A DNA stretch of 64,000 nt from Eledone cirrhosa (Eukaryota). A program made the translations under genes and the position numbers. Of this stretch, positions 37,705 through 56,787 are shown one piece after another. How positions within the stretch are numbered: the stretch's first letter is position 1; every line of letters starts with the position of its first letter. Under the pieces are notes generated by a model. It saw only the letters and a list, made by a program, of their open reading frames with translations, did not search any database and was not told the DNA's origin. The DNA is taken from positions 55,304,001-55,368,000 of the forward strand of contig OZ024743.1 of assembly GCA_964016885.1 (NCBI GenBank), in the 5' to 3' direction.

Positions 37705-40700
37705 ATATATATATTATAATATAAAGTGAAGTTGGGCGTTGTTTGTTCGTTTGGTGTCCCGAACTTGCAGGCTACACCGTTCATCCGATTTTCATGAAAC
37801 TTGACACATATATAAAACTCGACCCGTAGATTGGAATAGGCTACTTGAAATTTTCGAAAAATCGATAATCAGGCCCCCAGAAGCCAAAGATCGATATTTT
37901 CAAAAATCGTCCGATTTCGATGAAACTCGACGCAAAAGTCGATATTTACGAGATTTGTCCGATTCCAATGAAATTTGACGTAGGTATGCATTTTGATGCG
38001 GGGATCAACGTGAGGTCTGATAATTAGACCCCCAGAGGCAAAATTCCGGCAACCGAAAAACGCCATTCTTCTTGCTTCCATTTGTCGCGACTCCCGCCAT
38101 GCAAAAAACATTCAATCTATCAGGATTATCCACCGTAAGTCTCTTTAAATTAACGTTCACCATATTCAGCAAACCTTTTATGCCGATTCTTCCATTTCTT
38201 ATATAAGGACTATCAAGACTATACCGCCGCGCATCATCCTGTATTGCGCCCAATCTTCTCAAGCGATCATCGAGCCTCCAAGCGCTCTCTTCAATCCCGT
38301 GGTACCACTACCGTAGCATAATGAGGCATCCGTCAACCCCTGCCCTCTCCCTTCCCTGCACGCCGTCGACCCACTGCATCGTTGTGCATCACCATGCGCA
38401 TCTCTACCTTGTCAGCTGCAATTCATTCCCCGGCCCTTTCCATTGCCTGCCCTCCGTGGTCCCTAAGGACTGCCACGGCTCAACTTGCCGAATCCCTGCC
38501 ACCGTCCACCCAAGCCCATTTCCATTACCTACACTCCGGGAGAGCTCAAGACTTCCATGCCTGACCAAGCCGCATCCCTGCCACCGTCAACCCTGCCCTC
38601 TCCCTTCCCTGAACGCCGTCGTCCCACTGCATCGTCATGCCTCACCATGCCGCATTACTGCCCTGTCGGCCACCATCCCCTCCTCAGCCCTTTCTTTTGC
38701 CTGCCCGCCCTGCCCCTTCAAGACTGCCATGCCTAACCAAGCCGCATCCCTGCCACCATCAAGTCCTGCCTTCTCCCTTCCCTGCACGCCGTCGACCCAC
38801 TGCATCATTATGCCTCACCATGCCGTATCCATGATCTGTCAGCCGCCATCCCCTCCTCAGTATTTTATTTTGCCTGCCCGCTGTGCTCCTTCAAGACTGC
38901 CATGCCTAACCAAGCCGCATCCCTGCCACCGTCAACCCCTTCCCTCACCCTTTCCCGCACACCTTGGTTCCTCACGACTGCCATGGCTCACCATGCGGCG
39001 TTCCTGCCCTGTCAGCAACTTGTTCAAATATCATCAGCATGGTTTATCCTGCGCCGCACATAACCTCCCATTATCTCAGACCAAAGACAGCACCGAACAT
39101 GAAGACGATCCTGTGTAAATCTTTTTACATTCATTTTGACCATATTTAACAAAATTAAACAAAAATTCATCCCTTTCCTCTCCAAAGCCTACCGATCATG
39201 TATGGCCGATTAACATCCTGCCTTGCATCCGGTTTTCTCAAACAATCATCGTGCCTCCCGGTGCTCTCTACATTCCCGAGGTGCAACTCAATTGGCATGC
39301 CGCATCCACGCCCTGTCAGCCGCCATGCACCCTGCCCTTTCGTCATGCCTCACCATGTTGCATCCCTGCCCTGTCAGCCGCCATCCACTCCCCGACCCTT
39401 TCCACTGCCTAGGCATGGCAGTCTTGAGGGACCAAGCCGCATCCCTGCCACCGTCAACCCCAGCCCTCTCTCTTCCCTGAACGCCGTCGTCCCACTGCAT
39501 CGTCATGCATCACTATGCCGTATCAATGCTCTGTCAGCCGCCATCCCCTCCTCGGCTCTTTCTTTTGCCTGCCTGCAGTGCTCCTTCAAGACTGCCATGG
39601 CTCACCATGCGGCATCCTTGCTACCGTCAACCCCTGTCTTCTTCCTTGCCTGTTTGCCGTCGTCCCACTGCATCGTCATGCCTCAGGATGCCGCATCCAT
39701 GCACTGTCAGCCAGCATCCCCTTCTCGACCCTTTCTTTTGCCTGACCACCGTGCTCCTTCAAGACACCCATGGATATCTATGCCGCATCAATTCCTTGCC
39801 ACCCGCTTAAACGTCATCAGCATGGCTTATTGTTGCCCCATTTGACCACCGATTTTCGCAGGCTAAACACAATACCAGCGTTCACGATAATCCATGGTAA
39901 ATCTTTTTAATTACATGTTCATCATGCTAAGCAAAGGATGAATAGCAACTCTTTCATTTCTCCTGACATGCCTTTCTGTCAATTATGGCCGAGAAGCATC
40001 CTGTGTAGCATCGCGTCTTCTCAAGCGATCAGCGTGCCTTCCACTGTCCTCACAATTGACTCACAACGCCGCATCTATTCCCTGCGACGCCCCTAAACAT
40101 CATCATCATCATGGCTTATTTTTCTGCCGCGTTTAACCGGCCCTCATTCAATATTGACACAACAGTCCGTCAGGTTTTTCGGCACATGTTGCTCCGATAA
40201 GAATATCAACGGGATTTTCACTTAATTCGTAAGTGTTCAGTCTTCCGTATGCTTTTATTTTGTATTGATACAACACCGACTACAATCATCTAACTTCACT
40301 TTGTAGGCTAGACGCGAATCACAAGGAAAACAATCCTCTGATATACAACCCCACCAAATTCTTTGGTCTACCTAGATTTCAATGGCTATATCTTTTGCTT
40401 TTGTACGGTTGTACATTTGACAATATCGCAAAACATTATTCCACTTGGTTCTTACCTTTCAGCTATGAACTGGACAGTGCCTTAAAATCCCTGTTTATTT
40501 GCGTGCAATTTTTTGTATCTTATGAATGGAGAATCGAAAACCCTTTTTCTCATAACCTGATACATGCGTTACACATGCTCCATGGATGTTTGTGGACTAT
40601 TTTTTCAAAATACCAATATCACAGATTGGAGCACAAAAAGAAACGTTTGTTCTTCATTTATTTCGGTTAAAGCATCCTGCTGGAATTTAGCGCAGACCGT

Positions 40701-41440
40701 TTAAATCCAGCGCCTTATGACCCCGATTGTAACCGGGTACATCAGCTAGAAAGACAAATGTAAACATTGTTTCCTCGGTCCGATTTGACGAAAGTCTATT
40801 TAGTTCCACAACAAATTAACAAACCATACTTGAAGACACGTTGAGGCTGTTGCAAAGGGCAATAACCCTAGACACAATTTTGATCAACTTTTTTTCACCC
40901 ATAGCAAATTTACCGTGACAAGTTTTTAGCTACTCAAATCTACTTCAGAGATCACGCATTCATGTAAAAAAAATCAATAAATCTGGAGCGGGGGTTCGAC
41001 TTTGCGCAAAAAACAAGGCAAAGTTGCACATGGGAAAACTTTTTACAGGAACGTCCGACTTTCTTGAAAATTGTCGCAAAAGACTCGCCATTATGCCGCA
41101 GTTCAGATAAAGTCTCTTTTATTTCTTCTTCAGCACATGTGAGCGCGAAAATTGTAAAAAAAAAGTAACTGTGAAAAAAATCGACTTTTTCACCCCGCTT
41201 TAAAAATCAACTGAAAATTCAATTTCAAGTGAATTTGACTTCCGTCAGTCGTGCAAAGAACAATTTCAACGATACACTGTGAACCTACAATTGATCCATT
41301 ATTTATGCTCAATTACACACCTGCGTCTACTAACATCTGTTTTTTTTTCCTTGAGGTTCGAAGGTTTTTGCGCGGGAAGTAACTTTAACAACAGAGAAAA
41401 GGTCGACTTACACCCGGGAAACGCCGGGTACTTCTGCTAG
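37705..41440 (+). mobile_element. Composite non-autonomous Helitron with internal GC-rich repeats
   Basis: 3' hairpin cccgggaaacgccggg + CTAG|T; Helitron-like 5' region merging into (TA)n; internal repeats 38260-40140. Confidence 0.7.
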
Positions 41441-41675
41441 TATATATATATATAACTATGTAAGTTTAAACATATGTGTGTACACATGTATAGAGGAAGA
41501 AGATGCTCACACATTTCCCAATCCAAACAGAAATAATGGTAATCATGTTTTGTATATCATGGTTTGTATATGTTAAGGCTTGTTGAAGTAAACTAGTGTG
41601 GCTCATGGCTTGATCACATACACACATTCACACACACACACACACGCGCACACATACACGCACGCACACACACAC

Positions 41676-41716
<41 letters not shown>

Positions 41717-41717
<1 letters not shown>

Positions 41718-43152
41718 TAGCAGTGGTACCCGGCGTTGCACGGGATAAGGTATTTTGGAACGCGGGCCGCCAACAGACCTAATCGTGGAAAAACTGCATG
41801 CCTCGACAATTTGTAAAGAAAATAAACCGAATAGTATGATGGCTGGATAATCTTTAAGATTTTCTTCGATGAAGCAGGAAAAATGCAGGTTTTCATCCTA
41901 GGGCATCAAGAAAATGATTTTTTTTTAATGTGCATAATATGCCTTGAAATTTCGGGAAAATCGGCTAGACGTAACGCCTAAAAAAAGCCCTAAAAAGCTG
42001 AAAAAATGAAGTTTTTCACCTAATGCGGGCCCTAGGCCATAAAAAGTTTGATTTTCTTTGCTCATGGTATGAAGAAGAGACTGACTAATGCATAGTTACA
42101 ATGTCAAGGAAATCGGTCTGACGTAACGTCTCAAAACACCCCTAAAAAGCTTTAAAAACGCAGTTTTTCACCTAATACGGGCTCTAGAGGATCAAAAAGT
42201 TGAATTTTTTATGTGCACAACACTCTCTGAAACATAACGCGGGCCGCCAACAGACCTAATCGTGGAAAAACTGCATGCCTGGACAATATGTAAAGAAAAT
42301 AAACCGAATACTCTGATGCAATTAGTATTAGGTATGCTTTTCCTTCCACGTGGAGAAAATCGGCTTGGTGCTTTTGTACTTTAATAAAGTGGCATGAGTC
42401 AGCAGGACAGATGTCACCACTTATGTCAGAGGGAAGTCTGCAATGCTTGAGCAAGGCATGACGGGCAACCGGACAGCATGTGGGGCCTTCTCGAAGGAGT
42501 CCACCGCACCTTAGTAAGTAAACGCAACTGGACAAACGTTTACCACACTGTGGATATAATTTAACAAATTTAAAGAGGAATGGTGCAATAAAATGGACCC
42601 CGAGGCGTGTGCGCGTTCACTGGCAGCCCTAAACGAAAGGGTCGCCATCAGCTATTTCAAGGGTCTTTAAAAGGGCCGTGTAAGCCGTTCACTGACACCC
42701 CAGTAAGGAGGGGTAACCATCAACAATTTCAAGTGGTGGCCCTAAAAAAGGCCATGTGAGCGTTCAGTTGTATCCCTTAATAGTGACTTTGACTGCGTTC
42801 TCTGACATTTGGAGGGTGTTACGGTTGCTTCCACTGGTAGCCTTTAGAATGAACCAGGATGTGTTTGCGGTCCATTTAACAGCCATACATTGATGCGCCG
42901 AGTGCGATGCAGACAGCCAGACATACAGACAGATATTATAAGGGCGCGACGTTATATGTATGTATCTATCTAAAAAGAGAAAGACTAAGAATTCTAGAGA
43001 GAGATCGCTAAATCACCTAATGCGGTCCCTAGGGCATTGAAAATTTGAAATTTGTTTTGCTCAGGACACTCCCTGAAACATAAGTATTACATGTGTAAAG
43101 TTTGAAAACAGTCGGTTGGGTGCTTCACGAGTTTTAGGGATTCAAACTCAAC

Positions 43153-43245
<93 letters not shown>

Positions 43246-43268
43246 TTCCTCAGTTTTATATATATAGA
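41717..43268 (-). mobile_element. Non-autonomous Helitron
   Basis: Minus strand 5' TCtatatatataaaac, (TG)n, 3' hairpin cccgtgcaacgccggg + CTAG|T. Confidence 0.82.
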
Positions 43269-44061
43269 CTAGCAGAATGGCCCGGCGTTGCTCGGGATTT
43301 GCTATAGGGTTCTTATATATTTGATATATATTTATCCTTATCGAACCTCGTGAAATAAATACGTTTGTTTATATTTTGTTATTGTGTATGCAAAAATATC
43401 TGTCCATAAATATATAATTATATATATATATATATATATATATTAAAATAACAGACTAAAGTTTAAGCAAAGAATCACTGCTTTCACCCTTAACGGGATA
43501 TTCTACCTAAAAGCAGTATGAAGTACATACACTAAGACTAATTGATGTAATCTTTGGCCTTGTTTGTTTATATTTTGTTTTTGTGTGTGCAAAAATATCT
43601 GTACACGAATATCTATATTAAAATAACATATTAATGTTTAAGCAAAGAATCGCTGCTTTCAACCTTAACGGGATCTTCTTAAACTAAAAAAATCAATCTG
43701 GAAAACAGGAAGACGATACTTTGGTTCGTGAAGACGTTCCCTGGCATAAGAATATATACACACACACACGGATCGCGTCATAATGACGTAATGCAGACAG
43801 TCAGGCATACAGACAGATGTTATGAAGGCGCGACGTCATATCTATGTATCTATCTAAAAAGAGAAAGACTAAGAGAAAGAGAAAGAGATCGCTAAATCGC
43901 CTAATGCGGTCCCCAGGGCATTGAAAATTTGAAATTTTTTTGCTCACAACACTTCCGGGGTCATACGAGTTACATGTATAAAGTTTGAAAAAAACTGGTA
44001 GGGTACTTCTCGAGTTTTAGGGAAACAGACACACAGACATCCTCTGTTTTATATATATAGA
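43269..44061 (-). mobile_element. Non-autonomous Helitron, head-to-tail with the previous one
   Basis: 5' A|TC at 44061; 3' cccgagcaacgccggg...CTAG abutting the TC of the neighbour. Confidence 0.82.
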
Positions 44062-44242
44062 TAAATATGTATATATATATATTCTACCTTGAGCAACTCG
44101 CTTACATCATGACTTTAGTATCTTACCAGTCTTTCATATCAATCGGAATACGTATTTTTATGTATGTATGTATATGTGTGTGCGTGTGAGACTGTGTGTA
44201 AGTGTAGTTCATCAGCACTCCTGCTTTCATTTCCTTTCTGCA

Positions 44243-45415
<1,173 letters not shown>

Positions 45416-46094
45416 TAAATGAAAAACTAAATGAGCCGGTCATAAACCTACATCTAAGTACTTAGCACGTACAACTACGTACAATAGATTTCAATAGTAT
45501 TGTAATAGAGACAGCACTAGTAATTTTCTAACAGAATGCGGGTCTAATGCTGACCAATACACGAGGTGCGGCAAAATATCTTATTAATGTCATCTTCATA
45601 TGGTTTAAAGCCTAGGACCTCCCACTTATATTAGGCAGGGTCCTTAATCACAGACAGAATAAGATTTCTTTTCTGCGCCAACAACAGGAAACTCCGATTG
45701 CCAAGTATTCAATACCTTGATTTCATTGCTGTCTCTCGCTGGGAGACAACCAGAACTAGGAAACATGTGGGTGATCAATTAATGCTTTTCTCGACAGGCA
45801 TGTCAAACCAGCCTTCATTCCTCGTTTTGATAAATTACCACAGTATTTTTGTGTCGGCCTTCGAGTATACAGAGAATCGATTGCTTATTTAGAATGCCAA
45901 CTGTGAGGATTTCAAAGAATGTTGACATGTTTGATCAATTGCAAGTTATATCCACGTCTGATTTATATTATGATCAAGGAAATTAAATGCGCCGATCGTC
46001 AGATCGGACCAAGGACAAAAATAAGGTTTGTATTGCTCTTCCCATAGTTGATAATATCTGCCGCTCTCAACGATTAGCAGAAGGAGGTGTTGTA

Positions 46095-46295
46095 CAGGGC
46101 GGCCCAAAAGTCACACAGGTACGCAACTGTTTATAATCTTTTTATTTAATATTTCATAAGTAATGTAGAGGTGTGACGAGTGCAAAATAATTTCCATTAT
46201 GTCCTTTGAGTTGTTTCAAAATTCCATACATCAATCTGTACAATTCAGGAAGTTAATAAAAACTAAAACCCCTGTGTGACTTTTGGGCCACCCTG
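46095..46295. mobile_element. 201-bp Tc1/mariner-type MITE
   Basis: 25-bp TIR caggg(c/t)ggcccaaaagtcacacagg; TA TSD. Confidence 0.88.
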
Positions 46296-46343
46296 TATAT
46301 ATATATTCGGATCAAAGAAGTGTGTGTATATACATATCTATAT

Positions 46344-46993
46344 AATCCCTATATACTCGAGTAATAGTCGAACTCATGTAAGAGTCAACCCTATTTTGGG
46401 CCACAAAATCTGGAATTTTCCATAAGCCTCGTATAAAAATCGACCCTAGTATTCCACAGATAACAGGTCAACATATGTGGGTCAATATATCATCATGTAC
46501 GTAAAAATAAAACTGTTACAAAGTCGTCACAAATTTAAGGCAAATTGGTATTATTGCAAATATCACTGAAACTAAAAAAATACCCAGACGTGTACCTACA
46601 ATACTGTAACTTGCCTTATATCAGATATTGGCCATGATTGTACTAAACTAGTCTGTTAAATTTGATTGATGAATACGAGTAAAAGAGCAAGTGTAATGAT
46701 TTATAGGAGCTACGCGGCCTTGTTTATGGATTTTCTTATATATTAAGACGTGTGTTTTGATGCATGGAATCGGTAATATTACTGTACTTCATTGAGTTGT
46801 TTTTATTCGTTTAGAGATCAGTTGAGCTTCTGTTACTGATACGGTACTTTGGATTATAGCCTGAATTTCAAACCCTTCAAACGTAGTATTTATGTAATTA
46901 TCGATCCCACAAATTTAATCTTAAAAAGATAAATAGAAATGTTTAACTTTAAAAAATCGTCTAGAAAATTCGTCTTTTACACGAGTACTTATG
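46344..46993. mobile_element. Degenerate pogo-type MITE
   Basis: ccctatatactcgagtaatagtcga ... tcgtcttttacacgagtacttatga. Confidence 0.5.
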
Positions 46994-48100
46994 AAAATGA
47001 GTGTTTGATGATCTAAGAAATCGACCAACGATGTTGTAATCGGGTGAAAGCACTCGATGCCACAGATGCCACAAGATATTATGTGTATAGTATCGGACGA
47101 AGTATCAATATTAAGAAAAGGAAGAGAGGCTGTATCATATTCAGCATCGTTTGTAAAGATGCTTGACTCTTCGATTATACTTGACTTTCATTTTCTTATC
47201 ACTTCGGCCGTTGTCGTGTTTAATTTTCTATTTATTTAAATCAATTACAATAATTTTCTTCCTTATTTTCGTTAACCAATATCAACATATCTCCAGTAAA
47301 TTACGATGTTCTGTGTATTTATATATCTTCGAGCTTCCATTAAGATTCCTGTTGTTTTGTTATGGTTCTTGTTGTTCGTAGATAGATACACTGGTAAATA
47401 TATATAAATGAATAGATAAAGAGAGTGAGAGAGAGAAAGAGAAAGGGAGAGAGAGAAAGAGAGAGAGGGGAGTGAGGTGGATAGGTAAGCAGATAAATAG
47501 CTATATATATATATATTTGTTTTTCGAGGTTTTTGATATGAAATCGTGTGTCGAAACAAATATTGTTATACTTAGGGAGGGTCATATTGTTGTAATAATA
47601 TTGCCAGAAATAATAACAGAACACACTCACTGTTTGGTTGGTTTTCTCTTCTGTATCTTTTATATCTCCACACTTAATTCATTCGGTCCTCAATGTTTAT
47701 CACTGACTGACCAACGGTCAAAAATACAGATGTAATATAGATATAAACACATATATATAGTCTAACAAAGTTCTTTTGTTGCACATCTGCAACATCATCA
47801 GTCGTACTATTATGTTCCTCCAGTTGTATTGTCTGTCTACGCCAGTTTTATTTTATCTGTTTATTTATTTATTTATTTTGTCTTCTTCTCTGCGCATGCA
47901 TTTGTGTGTGTGTATAGTGTTTGGTGTGTGTGTTCGCGTTTGGGTGACTGTTTTGGTTACTGCATTCTATCTTAGTTTAGTAGTGTGTGTTTATATGTGT
48001 TTGTTGTTATTGTGTTTGTGTATTTATTTATTTATTTATATTTCTTTTAAATCAGTATTGCTTGTTTGGGTGTTGTTATTCCATTCATTATTTCTGTTTA

Positions 48101-48285
48101 GGGCGGTGGATTGGCAGTATCGGTAGAGAGTCGGACGCCATGCTTTCCGGCGTAGTTACGTCCCTTTACGGTCTGAGTTCAAATCCCGCCGAGGTTGACT
48201 TTACCTTTCATCCTTACGGGGTCGATAAAATAAAGTACCAGTAATGCACTGGGTAATTGCTGGCCTCGTGCCAAAAGTAGAAACA
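48101..48285 (+). mobile_element. Full SINE inserted into the PLE
   Basis: TSD attatttctgttta at 48087-48100 and 48286-48299. Confidence 0.92.
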
Positions 48286-49473
48286 ATTATTTCTGTTTAG
48301 CTTTGGTCTTCTAAGCTCTATTTCGCTGGCCTCTCTGATTTGTCTATCTGCTGGGTCATTTCTATGTTTAGATATTATTTTAATTTCTATGTTGTCTATG
48401 TTACCGTCATGTTGTTGTCTGGCGTGTTCGTATAGTACTGAACCGTTTTTCAGTCCTTTTAGTTCTCCCCAGTGTTGATCTATCCTTTCTCCTATGCTTC
48501 GAGCTGTCTCGCCTATGTATGTTGTTGTCATGTTTCTGCAAGTACCCTCTGTACATCTTATGCTATAGAGTCTATAGCATAAGATGGAATTTGCCCATTA
48601 TACAGGAGCAAACGATGGAATAGCTTAGATAGAACTAAACATAAGATAGGGAAAACCACCTCATGGTACGACAACCAGAGATACCAGAGTGTCATGTTCG
48701 TGGACGCTATCCCTGGAGGGAAATTAGCTAACCAGTGTAGAAAGGCCCTGAGAAAGACTCACTTAAAGATTAAAGTGGTAGAAAAGCCAGGAACTACCAT
48801 AAAATATACCCTTTTAAGAAAACCCACTGTGCTAATAGGAAATGTATTATATGTAAAGTAAACCCCCAGATAAACTGTAAAACTAGAAATGTAGTCTATA
48901 GCATAAGATGTACAGAAGGTAGTTGCAGAAACATGACAACAACATACATAGGCGAGACAGCTCGAAGCATAGGAGAAAGGATAGACCAACACGGGGGAAA
49001 TTAAAAGGACGAAAAAACAGTTCAGTACTATACGAACACGCCAGACAACAACATGACGGTAACATAGACAACATAGAAATTAGAATAATATCTAAATATA
49101 GAAATGACCCAGCAGATAGGCAAATCAGAGAGGACAGTGAAATAGAACTTAGAAAGCCAAAGCTGAACAGAAAAAATGAATGGAATAACAACAACACCCA
49201 AACAAACAATACTGACATAAGAGAAATATAAATAAATAAATAAATAAATAGATAAATATATACACAAGCACAATAACAACAAACACATAAACACACACTT
49301 CTAAACTAAGATGGAATACAATAACCAAAACACAGTCACCCAAACACGAACACACATCAAACACTTATACACACACGCAAACGCATGCGCAGAGAAGACA
49401 TAAATAAATAAATAAATAAACAGATTAAATAAAACTGGCGTGGACATACAATACAACTGAAGGAACATAATAG

Positions 49474-49518
49474 TACCACTGATGATGTTGCAGATGTGCA
49501 ATGAAAGAACTTTGTTGG
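49474..49518 (+). ncRNA. Minimal hammerhead motif in PLE pLTR
   Basis: CUGAUGA-u-GUUGCA-gaug-UGCAAU-GAAA-gaac-UU; the homologous copy at 47763-47806 has G12>A. Confidence 0.62.
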
Positions 49519-50248
49519 ACTATATATATGTGTTTATATCTATATTATATCTGTATTTTTGACCGTTGGTCAGTCAGTGATAAACATTGAGGACCGAATG
49601 AATTAAGTGTGGAGATATAAAAGATACAGAAGAGAAAACCAACCAAACAGTGAGTGTGTTCTGTTATTATTTCTGGCAAAATTATTACAACAATATGACC
49701 CTCCCCAAGTATAACAATATATATATATATAAACGGAAAAAATGAAACGAAATTTAATTTCCCACTCTTAGTACGACTATATATATATATATAGTTATGT
49801 AATAAACTACATAAAATAATTATTTCATTTACCAGTGGTTTCTTGAAAGCAACCAAAATTCCTTTCATTCATCAGAATGAAAAAATCCTGGTGTCTTTAT
49901 TGACAGTGGATTTGAAAAACAAAAATATAACAGATATGAAAGTGAGGCTGGAGGAAAAAAAAAAGGGGGGGGGATAATAAATAAGAATATATAACAACAC
50001 ACACGCACACGCGCACATACACTCACATATACACACATATATACATATATATATACACATATACACGCACATATACACATATATATACACAGAGACACAT
50101 ATACACACACATACATGTATATATATATACGATATATTAACAATTTGTTAATATATCGTATTTTTACTCCAATAATTTGTTGAGTGCTTTATATCAGTTA
50201 TAAAAATATTTGCTTTTTGTATCCCAACAATTTAAATTGAACTTCTAC

Positions 50249-50292
<44 letters not shown>

Positions 50293-50766
50293 ATACATAA
50301 AACACCAACACATATATATATATACATGCACAGACATACATATATATATATACATATATATATACATACACATACATACATACACACACACATACATTCA
50401 CACTTATATACACACATGCATACGTACTCGCATATAAAAGGATACATATGCACACACACAAATAAGAATAAATAATCATAATAGGCCGTCGCATACAAAT
50501 AAGCAAATAAAAAATAAGGATTAAGAAAATAAAAAATAAAAAATATTATTAAGTTGACAGCGATACAAGACGCAAATATATATATATATACTACCATGAC
50601 TGAATCTTAACCATCTACTATGTCAGGGTATGTCATGCATTATCTTATTTCATCTGATGAGGACGTACTGTTGAACTTAACTCAGTACCTCTGAAGTATG
50701 TATAATAAAATATAATTGATCACAAGAATATCTATTTTGTTAATATTTTGAATTAATATATATATA

Positions 50767-50890
<124 letters not shown>

Positions 50891-51409
50891 TGGATGGACA
50901 GGTAAATAAGTAGATAATAGTAGAAATACATACATATATATATATGTACACTTACATACACATATAAGTATATACATATATATATAATATTTACATAAAT
51001 GCATACATACATACATACATACATACATAAATACATACATACATACATACATACATACATTGGTAAAACTTTGTGAAATTATAAAACCAGAACATACATA
51101 TGTACATACATACATATGTACATACATATATGCTTCATGTGTATATTTATCTCTAAACGTCTTTGCCGTGATAAAAAGCGATTGCTAATCTTAACTGCTT
51201 GTTCCCAATGAAAATCTATGATTGTCCACAGGCCAGAAGCACTCAGCATTAGCTATAAAAATACGTTGTAAACAATATTTACAACGTTGGCAAATGTTTT
51301 GCCAACGTTGTAAATATAAGCTTTTTGTCTTGCCTTGCCAATGTATTCCACCTTTCTTAGTTAATAAAGCTACATATATTTACTGCCTGCCTGTGATTAC
51401 TGTTTCATT

Positions 51410-53300
<1,891 letters not shown>

Positions 53301-54030
53301 GTGTTTACGTATACATTTCTATGCTAGAAGCACATTATTTACAGCCAGTTTATTTAAACTGTGTCTATCCTTTTGACTTTGTAATTTCTATAAAATCTAT
53401 CTGTTCTCGTGAAATTGCTTATTGGAGAAAGTAGCCATACAATCCCTCGTCTCCATAAACATACCATCCAATTTTAATGAAAAACATAGTATACAAAAAC
53501 AAATAAAAAAAACACATCACCTGTTATGATTTTATTGTCTCCCGGAGCAGCCGATCAGATACCACGACAAAATGTTTCGAATTCTCATCATGTAAGTTTT
53601 TTCAATCAAAAGTTTGACAGGCAATAGCTTATCGAAGCTTTGTTTTACAAGTCTCCAATGATAACCAGGTTTTAGTAATATTACTTTTATGCCGAACAAC
53701 AATTGCTTGACATATTTTGACAAAAAGACTCTGTAAAAAACGAAAAGGAGCCGATTGTGAGATCGAATCAAAGAAACTATGTCTCTATTGACCTTTCCCT
53801 TTACCCACCAGTGGTTTCAGTGCCATTACCTGGCACATTGGTCAAGCGTTTTCTTCTATAGCTTCAGGTTGACACTATTCTGTCAACGCATAGGCCTCCA
53901 TTTGCTTATAATAGTGAGAGATGAGAAGGGCGAGAGAGACGGGGTCAGTGACAATAGGAATTTGATTCCATTATATTCAGACTAATGCCTTGTGCGTGGA
54001 ATTTAGTTGTCGGAAACTACAGAAATCCAT

Positions 54031-54144
<114 letters not shown>

Positions 54145-54629
54145 AGAGAGAGAGTGCGTTAATGTGTGTGTGTTAGTGTGAGAGAGAGAGAGAGTGACTG
54201 CATGTGCGTGTGTGTGTGTGTTTCTGTTTACGTATATGTCTTTCTATGTTTATGTCCCGCAATTTAGCGGTTCGACAAAAAGAGATTAAGATAAATACTA
54301 GACTTAAATAAATAAATAAAATACTAAGGTTGACATAATCGACTAAATCAAGGTGAAGCAAGTAAAACAGGAAAAGAATATATATATATATATACACAAA
54401 CACACACTCACACATACACTCACACACACATATACACTCTCACATACACTCTCACTAAGACAGACACACACAGACATACATTCACGCATAGCTACACGCT
54501 TGCATACATATACTAAGACAGACATACATTCACGCAAACCTATTGTTAGTACCACATATGTATGTGTAGGTGTGTATGTGTGTGTTTAATTGTCTGTGTG
54601 TGAAGATAATGTCATTGCAACTTACTAAC

Positions 54630-56776
<2,147 letters not shown>

Positions 56777-56787
56777 TATGTGTGCAT

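Larger units (their letters stand above)
47516..49720. mobile_element. Two head-to-head 5'-truncated Penelope-like elements
   Basis: Minus copy 47516-48569 (GIY-YIG: TYIGETARSIGER...DPADRQIREA) and plus copy 48587-49720; junction is a palindrome with 16-bp arms. Confidence 0.9.

Noticed and set aside
38321-39845. Pro/Cys/His-rich ORFs
   Set aside because: By-product of C-rich tandem repeats.
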